DNA from: Chlorokybus atmophyticus | Lineage: Eukaryota > Plantae > Mesostigma and Chlorokybus algae | DNA length: 64,000 nt | NCBI GenBank assembly: GCA_009103225.1 | Contig: RHPI01000818.1 | Coordinates: 124,001 to 188,000 of the forward strand | Direction: 5' to 3' | Shown here: positions 13,501 through 23,541 of the stretch, one piece after another | Layout: each line of letters begins with the position of its first letter | How positions within the stretch are numbered: the stretch's first letter is position 1 | The notes under the pieces: generated by a model | Database searches by the model: none | Told to the model about the DNA's origin: nothing | The model's input: the letters and a program-made list of their open reading frames with translations, nothing else | Translations under genes and position numbers: made by a program

Positions 13501-13902
13501 AGTTACAACCCCTTGCCGGTGATACACGCCCCAGCAGGCAGCAAGCCCCCTCAACCCACATTGAGCGTGAGCGAGGGGGAGTCCTTCCTGCCTTTGTCAA
13601 CATCGCAAATGGCGGTGCAGCCTCTTAAACCCTCCCGGCGGATCAAGATCCGCCTCGAAGGGTGTAAGGAGGTCACCACCGTGAATGCGGCTGCCATCTC
13701 CTCAGTGCCTGAGCTGCTGACTACAGTGAGTGCACGATTCGCTGCGCTCGGCGTGAAAGTGCCTCCCGTGTCAGAGCAGACACTCCTCTATGTGGATCAA
13801 GACGATGACATGAACATTGCTGCTCCAGATGAAACTTGGGAGGAGATTGTTGAGCGTGCCAAGCAGATCATTGTGAGGATGAAGGCGACTGCTGCTTCAT
13901 AG
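10555..13902 (+). CDS. RNA-binding protein with RRM + LOTUS/OST-HTH + disordered region + C-terminal PB1 domain
   Basis: Exons join in phase: 10555-10573 (MDSDGE G) to 10897.. GVKELWVGNID (RNP2)..TYAFLTM (RNP1); then KLKLDIYDVLRASPEPLELSKLQSAFAA|HHGRQLDTTALGTLSQVVTRLLPDEVHI (LOTUS-like); small internal exons; long last exon ending RRIKIRL..LLYVDQDDDMNIAAPDETWEE (PB1 basic strand plus OPCA motif). Stop at 13902. Confidence 0.8.
10598..10660 (+). repeat. degenerate (GCTCA)n pentamer repeat in intron 1 of the RRM gene
   Basis: agctcagatcagctcagtttagctcagctcagctcagctcagtttagctcagcacagcacagc. Confidence 0.9.
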
Positions 13903-15451
13903 CGCGTGGGTGGTTGACGGAAGAGGGCCTGGCAACAGCACTCGCAGCTCATGTCATGAGACGGGACAGGTAGTTGAGAGGGTGGCGACTGCTGCGTCAT
14001 AGCGCATTTTTTTTTGGGTGTTGATATGAAGGGCCTGGCGGATGCACTTGTGGCTTATATCACGACATATAGGCACAAGGCCGTTTACTTGCTATGGGTG
14101 TTCAAGGCTGGTAGGGATCTCTGCACAGGCTTTCGTAGTTGCGGCGAGTAGGCTTATATGTAGGGTTGAGCGCGCACAGGTGGCAGCGAGTCTGCACCTG
14201 CGTTTGCGCCTCTGTCTGCTGTGTAGTTGTACATGATGGACAGGCAACAGTTGGGCAATTCACTGCCCAGGTTGTGAAAGTGTGTGTTGTGGCAGTCACG
14301 AGTATCCTGTGCAAACTGTTCTTTGCTGTGTTTCCGATGCGCCCCCCATCAAGGTGATCTGTCTGCATCTCATGCCGCACATTTGGCGACCGTTGCAGCC
14401 TTGCGCTTGTGGTGGCCTGGTGGTGTCCACTGCATGGGAGATGGATGGTTTCAGACACTGGTGAATTGTTTTGCAATTTCAGGCCTTGTGCAGGCGTTTG
14501 AACAGCAGTGCACGTTGATTCATCAATGAGTCCCTGTCAATGGTGGGTGTCGACCAACACTGTCACTGGTTGGCTGGAACTGTTACTACAAGCAAGAAGA
14601 ACATACATGTCGTTGACACCTCTGCCCTGCCTCTGCCCAGCACGCACTAGCGATTGCATTCGCATTCATGTAGGTTAGCAGCCCAGTAGGCTAGGTGCTA
14701 GAGTTTGTGCAGTGAGGCTGTTGAAATGTTAGACTTAATCTGTCAATCATGGTTCGACACTGGGTTTTTGTTCCTATACTTGATAGCGTTGCTGATTGTG
14801 ACGCATTCTGTGCAGGTGGGACTGGGGGTGCCCCACCTGACACCTCTCTCTACAACACCTACGCATCCATGTTGACATGCTCTGATACTTGTGTATTGCA
14901 TGCTTCCCTTGTTGAGAGTGAGGTGCGAGTGGCGATGCGCGCACAGGGCACAGGGGCTTGGATCAGCTTGCATTGCATGCCTTGTCCTGTTTACTACGTG
15001 GACAGTGCGTAAGGGTTGACGCAGCACAAGACCACAAGCAGCGACGGAGCAAGCGGAAGAAGCGCAGGGAGGCGGAGAGGGAGGAGAGGGCGCGAGAGTT
15101 GTCGCTGCTGCTGCTCATGTTGACGTTGGGGGCAACTATCAACCGCTAACTACGGCCCTTGTGGGCAGGTACTACGTGCATGTACTGACTGCCATGGCTA
15201 TCGGGGTGTGGGTAGTAGAGTAGGAGGTGAAGTTAGTGAGTAATAGTAGCCCGGTGGTCTACATAGACAGCATGTGAACTGCATGTTGACATCATGCCGG
15301 GTCCAATGCATGTGTCGCGCATTTTCTGTACACTAGCCAACCCCAAGTTATGTGTGCAACGTATGCGCACGGCGAATACATGCACAAAAGATATATGCTG
15401 TTGTTCTGCCTACACTATCAAATGCATAGGTGTGCGGCCTCTCTCTTTACT

Positions 15452-15974
15452 GGATGTGCAGTCATGTTATGTATTGTTCATCATGCCTATCCAAACGCAC
15501 TGCACACACACGGCACACACACAGCATGCAAGCACTACACGACAGCAGCCGCCGGCAAAGTGTCCTCCGCCGTCAGGGCCGAAGTGCGACGCGTGTAGGT
15601 TGGAGTTGGACTGGTGTTGCCGAAGCAACATCAGCTTTCAAGCTTCGCGCAGAGTGTCATTACATAACGCAGAGCGCAAAGTGTACGCATTTATGGCTAT
15701 GCTCCACTACAGGATGTGCAGTCATGCTATGTATTGTTCATCATGCCTATCCAAACGCACTGCACACACGCGGCACACACACAGCATGCACTACAAGCAC
15801 TACACGACAGCAGCCGCCGGCAAAGTGTCCTCCGCCGTCAGGGCCGAAGTGCGACGCGTGTAGGTTGGAGTTGGACTGGTGTTGCCGAAGCAACATCAGC
15901 TTTCAAGCTTCGCGCAGAGTGTCATTACATAACGCAGAGCGCAAAGTGTACGCATTTATGGCTATGCTCCACTA
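15452..15974. repeat. near-identical ~260-bp direct tandem duplication (15452-15709 / 15712-15974)
   Basis: Both copies begin ggatgtgcagtcatg and end ttatggctatgctccacta, with only a few substitutions and a small indel. Confidence 0.95.
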
Positions 15975-16107
15975 GTGTCGGAGCTACGCAAATGAGCACT
16001 GCTCAACCACAGACGCCAGATGCAAACACCACTGCTTGCACTGCTACTACAACATTGTCAGCAACCAACACATTCTGTACAGCTAACAACAGACGATCAC
16101 ACCTGCC

Positions 16108-19100
16108 CTACTGCAGCTTATGTACATGTTGCGCAGCGCTGGACAGTGTGTAATCTGACCCGCTGCCGTACTCCCACGCGTCCACTAGCCTGAGCAGCCT
16201 GAACTTCAGTCGGCCACTCTGGCCCTGAGCGTACTGCCGCAAAGGCCTGCCCAGCGTCCTGTACAGCGCCATGTACACCGCCAGCATGATGAAGTGCTTA
16301 AACCAATCTAGAAGCGGCCCCGGACCCAGATGGATCAGTATCTGAGGCAGCATTGCCGGGGAGGATATCACGAGGGCTATCATGGCTCGCGCAAGCGGCA
16401 CGAACTGGATCACATCCTGTATATTGTTTGCATTAATCAATATGCATGCCAGCATCTAAAAGCAAAGTTAAAGCCTAAGTTGCAAAACACACATGCGCAC
16501 GGTGTGGCAATGCTTATACTTGTTGTGATGCAACGATCATATATTACAGACTGAAGACAATTAACAACATGCTCGCATGCGCGGCATTTAGCACTGATGT
16601 TGCGCGTACCTGCAAGAAGGGTCTCAGCACGGCATCTCCAAGCTTCTCCATAGCTGCGAAGTTACGTCCCAGGACGTAGTTGATGAACCCAGGTGGTGGC
16701 TTTGTCCCTACCGGCGCACTCATTGCCCGCTGCGATGCACATCGCAGGCCATCGTTCAGCCGCGCAGTTTCCGTAAACAAACTGATATACAACGTGCAGC
16801 ATGAGGATCAGGCAAGTTCACCTGCATGAACCATGCTATGGACAGGTTCGGAAGGTACGGGTTGATCGCCGCAAGATCTCCCTTTGCTCTTATGTTGGCC
16901 TCCAGAGCATCACTGATGCCATCTGACAAGACGCACAGGTCCAACATGAGAATATGAACTCTACGTAGGTCTTGGGCCATTTTGCACTCACTTGTCAGGC
17001 GCGAGAGGTGCCGCGCAAGGGCCCCAAAGCCCCCGAAAGAAAGCGGTGACTGGATGCCTGAAGCATCTCCCGCTTGTATGACACGATCAAAGTTGGGACG
17101 TAGAGGTGAAGACCTGTGCGGCCAACAATGGTGTTACGTAAGTGATTAATGTAACAACTGTTACAACTGGGCGAGAGCTTCTTGACATGTTTCAGCATAC
17201 ATGCATGCTGACACATATATATCGCAAAGAAGCCGACCTAACAATCACCTGTAGGTGCCGAAGAAGCCAAAAAGAACTCTAAGAACTTCAAGCTTCTCCA
17301 GCGCTGTCTCTGCTCGGGCTGCAGAGCCGCTACTACTGTCGGGTGAATGGTTATTCCCGCCGTGATGACCGTCATTGTCATCACGTGCATCAACCATTAA
17401 GCCCTGGTACTGAGGCATGAGCTGCCAGTAGTCTTCCATGATTGTAAGCAGAGATGGCCGGGACGGGTGCGCATCCAGGTACGTGAACAAGTATGTCGTA
17501 CGGTCGCGAGGTCCTGAGCCCGCGGGGAAGGCCTGGCATTATAAGTTTGGTGGCTTCATCGGCAACAGCAGATGGCATGCAAGCAGATATGTGCATGTGT
17601 ATACCGCTACGTTACCTCCCAGAAGTATTGTGATGGGGAGTCTCCTCTTGTCACGATGTCAGTAGCGGTGTAAATGACATCTGAAGATGTGTTTGTTGCC
17701 TTGTCAAAGCCACGTGCGCAAGCACCCGCAACCAAACACACTCCATCTGGCTTTGTTCCCCAGCGAGCCTAAGTGACAGACAAAAGAGCCAGACTTGTAT
17801 GTATTTGGATCATGAAAGGTCCAACACCTTACAATTACCTGGCGCACGATAGGTGAGAAGTTGCCCATCACATCCACGACAAGGCGTGTTCTGAGGCTCG
17901 CTGGCTCGGCATCCTTTGCTTTGATGCTCTTGATACCCAGCAGTGCCGCGTCGTCATATACGTCCACCCCTTCTAAGCCAGTGAACTCGAGCAAGCAGCC
18001 ACCGAGCGATAGAAAACGATCACGCGCCTTTGTAATGACTTCTCTGTTGCACTGCTGTAGCTCAGTGTGCGCACATGTGCAAGTGTGACAACTGTGCATG
18101 TGTGCACACCGACACACACTGGGCGTACACGGCATGCATGCATGTGTGCATGGTTAGGTGTATGGGACTCAGGTTTCGTGCAGCTGTGAGGTTACGTGCA
18201 TACTCACACTTATGGCCATATGTGCGTGTGTACACCTGCACACCCATATGTTTTACTACATGCGTACTTTCCTACGTGGGTATTCAAGTGAACTTTGATG
18301 CACTTGTATACGAGTGTAAGTAGCACTGCATGAGCGCGTGGATATACGTATGACTCAACCATGCACAGTTTGCGGCTTATCACCTTGGTGAAACGCCAAT
18401 GTTGAGTATGTCCTCCACCCACAGATCTTTGGCACCCTTGAAGCCGACGCGATTAGGGTTAAACTCAATGTTGATGCACTCCTCCACTTCACCAGCAGTC
18501 AATACCCCCATGTGAACCAAGTCCACAAGTTCCGACCGAGATATGTTCCAATCCTGATCCCTCTGCACAACCACAATCCAAAGCAATCCAACTCAATCAT
18601 ACAAGCTTGCATGTACACAACGTTGTGCATCCTCTCAACCACCGCGCATACCCCTTTTATGGGTCCCCTCTCAATCACGGCAACTTGCCACCCGCGCAAC
18701 CGCAAAGCCACAGCAAGAAAGATCCCGAGCGTGCCTCCGCACACGGCCACATCGAACACGGTTGACGGTGGGGGCAATGTGGGCGAGGATGTGGAGGGCA
18801 AAGGAGGTGCGGGTCCCGCATGCTGGCGAACAAACTGCGGAGGGGGCCCCGCATCCGCACCTGTGTTTCATGGAGCTGTTCATGTGCGTGCGGACTCAAC
18901 CGCGCACATGTCCATGTACGCACACGCATACAAGCGCCTGCGTACATGTTTAGCACTTGCATGCACCCACATGCACAAGTGACTTACATGCTGCATGTGG
19001 GTGCACATGCAGCATGTAAAGTCACTAGTGCATGTTGTGCAAAGTTGTCACTTGCAATACGCCTGAGATGCTGAGTCTCGCAAGCATGCATGACAGTCCT

Positions 19101-19639
19101 GAACACTTACCCACTTTGGCATTGCGCAGCGCATGCCAGGCGGCATCCGCTTTCAGCAAACCCTCCCATGTGGCCGCCGCACCAGCTCCTCCCGCGGCAT
19201 CCTTGGCATTCCTCGCATCCAACGCCTTCAATACACGCTGGACAAGACAGCGACACACGGTAATGTCCTGTTCTCTTAACCACACATGCATGCATGTGTA
19301 CATGCACACAACTCTTAACGTGACTTTGAGTAGACAAATCAACAAATTGACCATACCTTGACTCCCACCCACCTCTGTAATGCTTTGTGCAGCTGAGGAA
19401 GACTGCTGCTCCACAGTCTGGGCTGGTGGCGGGGAGGCATGCGCCCGCACCAGGACAGGCCTGGTCCAGGCAGCTATGTGCTTGTGTGTATGCCGCCTGG
19501 TGTGACAAGGATGATGACGAAGATGGTTGATGCGCTGCTTGCGGGCTGCAGCGTGCCTAGGGGAGGCTAGCAAGACAGACTGCTGCTGGTGGCCTTGATT
19601 CGTTGATGGTGATGGAGACAGCAGCAAACAGGCTGCCAT
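16108..19639 (-). CDS. cruP: CruP-type lycopene cyclase family FAD-dependent oxidoreductase, plastid-targeted, multi-exon
   Basis: Transit-peptide-like exon from ATG 19639; FDVAVCGGTLGIFLAVAL..VAVIERGPIKG|RDQDWNISR..EFNPNRVGF..WVEDILNIGVSP; RLVVDVMGNFSPI; TTYMFTY; INPYLPNLSIAWF; LGDAVLRPFLQ; RLVDAWEYGSGSDY. Motifs recall plant CruP (At2g32640-like). Confidence 0.92.
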
Positions 19640-21117
19640 CAGGCCGGGACAATCAACCTGTGGACGGTGGAATGCCGTGAGAGTGAAGACTTCTGGGATG
19701 CATACAGTGGGCCAAAGAACACCAATAATGGCCAGCAAGGGGTTGCTTCACTGTGTAACTACTACTGCATTAGGGTTTTCTAACAACCAGTGCTGCTCCA
19801 GTGGCCAGGTGCGACTGGGCCAGATTGGCAGTACAAAAAAATGGCTGCATGTGGCTGTTTATTGCTTTATAAGCTCAAACCAAATCCCCCATCAGGCGAG
19901 GACGACAGCTGGAAGAGGGCAGCCAAGTAACATCCCTACTTCCTGGAGGCGGCCAAAGCATGCTCGCGCAATGCAAGCATTCTAGACGACAACTATCGCA
20001 ATCCGTTGTAAACACACAGTGCTGCAGTTAACCTTCAACGCATGCCAAACCGAGCATGCAGGCTGCCGCAGTCGGCTTACCCCTTCCAACAGCCTCCCGC
20101 CGCCGACGCCGACGCCGCCGCTGCCAAGGGTAGAAGCATACCTTAAAGGCGAAGACGTGGCGTCATGTGACCAGCTTTGCCCACGTGGAAGATGCATTGG
20201 AGCGCCAAGTGTGCAGAGGCACTGCACAGGTTTGAATTATTGGTAGGCCTGTCACAAAAATACTTGTCAGGCCCAAGAGCTCCTGACGGGCTATCAATCA
20301 CAGCCTGTTCAGGTCATGAAGGGCTTGGCATGCCTCATTGCCCATAAGGCCTAAAGCCTTGTATAGTCAATGAGCCATGCCAATGACAACCCTATGACTC
20401 ATGGGTTTTATATTGGCATGCTAGGCTATGACTCATAGCCCTATAAGTGGTAGCTTACGCCTCATCATGAATTGTAATGTTAAGAAAGGTTGATCGGTAA
20501 GACGATCATATCAACTCATAAATCTACAAGTCGCAAGTTTGACAGAACTACATATGCTCACTTTATGCATTGCAGTGATATCACAATATTATGAAGCTTG
20601 CTTCAATTATGCGCTTCATGATCTTCACTCAGAAGAAGCTTCGCATCGTCAACGAATATTGTCAGGTGTCACCGATTCATTATACAATTGTAAACAATTG
20701 TACTCGTTCAAATAAACATTACATGCACAGTGTTTGCTAACTTTTGTTCAAAAGCCCACTTTTGCATACAACTCATGCCTCGTGTATGTTGCTTTTTTGC
20801 AAGCATAACATAGAGCACATGAGAGCAACTCTCATGTCCTCTATGTCCGATGCCAATTCTAACCAGTCATGTGCAACGCAGAATCCATTAAAAAGACCTT
20901 TTCCCCGCCTGTCGCATCGCAGGGCATTCTACACAGAGCGGGCATTGGTTTTCTATACAAACAGTGCTTCATGCACACTTTTGGTTGAAATTGGCAATGA
21001 TGAACTCGCACCATAGCGGAGGAGCTACCGAGTCTTGGTAGGAAGGCCATCCAAATTGTATGCACGTAGGACCTATCAGCATTCGAGGGAGGGGACCGCA
21101 CGCGGCCGGGGGGGGGG

Positions 21118-21204
21118 CAAGCGCTTGGCATGTAACCTCGAATGGATAGTGATGGTGAAGGTGAGTATGTCCATGCCGCACTCTAGCTCAGATCAGCTCA
21201 GTTT
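21118..21204 (+). repeat. exact 87-bp second copy of 10531-10617 (RRM gene 5' flank, exon 1 and intron 1 start)
   Basis: caagcgcttggcatgtaacctcgaATGGATAGTGATGGTGAAGgtgagtatg...cagctcagttt is identical at both loci. This copy runs into an N gap. Confidence 0.9.
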
Positions 21205-21308
21205 NNNNNNNNNNNNNNNNNNNNNNNNNNNNNNNNNNNNNNNNNNNNNNNNNNNNNNNNNNNNNNNNNNNNNNNNNNNNNNNNNNNNNNNNNNNNNNNN
21301 NNNNNNNN
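21205..21308. other. assembly gap (N)
   Basis: Run of Ns. Confidence 1.
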
Positions 21309-21617
21309 NGGGGATTAGCGCTCAGTGCCCTGCAAACTCTACTTCAAGACAACGCACTGTCCATGATCATCAAGATGGAATATCTGATGGGTGTTGGACT
21401 TTTAGTGCTGACAACCTTGAGCTGAGGGAATGAGGCAGCAGATGCAGTGCAGACGCAGGTGGCATGGGCCGTACGTGTAGGTGGTATGTGTATCAATAGG
21501 CATTTGTGTGTAATTAATTGTGCATACAACCCTTGCATGCGAGCCATGCAGTCTGCACTGATCGCTACAACCAATGTGATGTTGACTGTTGTGCAGTGTC
21601 ACCACAAGAAACCTGAC

Positions 21618-23153
21618 TCATCTCGCCTTTGCTTCACGCGCGAGGTCCATAGCCTGCAGCACCATGTAGTGCGTATTCCGCATGACTTCCATGGCAGGGG
21701 ACTCGGGGCCAGCAACCAGCTGCACAATTGATGCCGTTAAGCAATCAATGTAAGAGGGTGAGCAACATGCCATCCATACCTGTTCCAGGCCTATGCGCTG
21801 CACGGTAAGACCATCCTCGTCGGCTTCTCTCCGCACCTGCAGTTCATGTGATGGAGCGGAGATGCAGCACTGGACTTCTCGCGACTGTTGGCAACATGTG
21901 GCAGATGCTGCCTCAGTCAGCATTGCAGTACCTTCTGAACATATGTCAGCATAGCAGTGTCATCCTTGTCCCCTGGATCAAGTGGTAGCGACTCCTTCCC
22001 ATCGGGAAAGGACAGCTCTGCGTACTCCTGCCATGCAAGTGGCAGGTCAAAAAATCGCATTGCCTTGACAATGGGCAATGGCTGGAAAAGCCATTTGCTG
22101 TTCTCATTTGTATCATGCAGAATGCATGATACAAATGCTGGCACGCTGTTGCATACTGTCGGTGGCCACCTCAAGGTCCAGTGTCATGTAAAGAAGCCGT
22201 ATCCAAGAAAGCTTGAGCTTCATGTCACGGCCAACTGGGTCTACAGGCTGAGCTTGTGCATCTGCCTCGTCCTCAACTGGCTTGACCACAGCATACGCCC
22301 CCTCCAGCGCAGCCTGAGCCTGGACCAGCAGCAACTGCAGCCGTGCGTAGTCCACGCCATTGGCGTACGTCTCCATGCAAAGCAGAACAAAGTCCTTCAG
22401 TGCATCCTGCACTTGCAACAGTGGGCATGTGACGAGTTGCACTATTGATGGCGGAAGCATTGTAAAGTCATTGTACAAAAGAACACGAGGCTGTGGATAG
22501 CAGGGTGTTGACCGCAGCTGCATAAACAAGGTCACGTACATGCCTGGGCTTGCCGAGGCCCTCCACGCATGCTTGGTAGAATGCACGCTGCAACTCAAAC
22601 GCCACGCGATGCCCATTACGCTCTAGCCACTGCTCGGGTGAATTTGTACCTACACCGCAACAGTACAACCGAAGGTGAGTACAGTAACTGAGCCACAGCA
22701 ATTGACGACATTCTCACCACAAACAACTACCACGTATCATGTGGTTCACACTTACAGAGCTAGAGGCTCGGGCAGCTTGACGCTATGACAAGCGCTAATG
22801 ACGGACTGTGACCGGAATGCAACGCTTGTGACAACTTTTGTCAACCATAACCCATGGCCAATGACTGTATATATTGCACTGGCAATGCATGTGTCCTTGT
22901 CCAGTGTGCTGCAGGGGAAACATAATCAGGACTAACCTTCAATGCAGCAACGTGTAGGTCGCCGCCGGGAGGCAATATGCCGATTGGCAGCTAGAGGAGG
23001 TGACACAACTGGCCTGAACGGTGAAACCTTCTTCAAGGCAGCGTCGGGACAGCTCCCCCGAGGCAATGCAATTCTTGGCCGCCTTGGTGACAAGCGAGGA
23101 CTGACAATGCTGGCGCTGCAACCAGCCTGTGTTGCTAGCAACGCTGCTGCCAT
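21618..23153 (-). CDS. hypothetical plastid-targeted protein, ~6 exons, ~300 aa
   Basis: Transit-peptide-like exon (MAAALLATQAGCSASIVSPRLSPRRPR..) then GT-AG bounded exons GTNSPEQWLERNGHRVAFELQR.., VQDALKDFVLLCMETYANGVDYARLQ..LSWIRLLYMTL, FQPLPIVKAMRFFDLP.., VRREADEDGL.., LVAGPESPAMEVMRNTHYMVLQAMDLAREAKAR*. Family not recognised. Confidence 0.75.
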
Positions 23154-23541
23154 CCAACCCTCCAGACCCCAGCTGCAGCGTTGAAGTAAGCAGAAGCGAT
23201 AGCTCCAGTTCAATTTAGTCAAAGTAGCAAGCTCAGCATGCTCAGCCTGCCCGACCAAGCTTCAAGCACAATGCCACCTGCAACGCCACATGGGCGCTGA
23301 AGCTGATCAAGTTGATCAGCCTCGGCAAGCGGCACCGCCTGCAATCACTGCCGCCGTCGCCTCGGTCTCCGCCACAGCTACAGCTACAGCTACCGCCCAA
23401 TCACCACACTGCTGAGTTGTAAAGTGCAGCCTTGGCCGCGGCGGCGGCGGCAGTGGCGGCGGCGGCGGCCAAGGCCAGGCGGTATGGGGTTCAGCGCGAG
23501 GCGGTAGCTGCTGAGGTTGTTGCTGGCCTGCAGTTGTCGCC

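Noticed and set aside
14240-15170. Exon-like fragments downstream of the RRM gene (e.g. QRRSKRKKRREAEREERARE)
   Set aside because: No start, no consistent phase chain and no recognisable motif; most likely 3' UTR or intergenic.
15294-15975. ORFs with internal peptide repeats
   Set aside because: They simply reflect the 260-bp tandem duplication in non-coding DNA.
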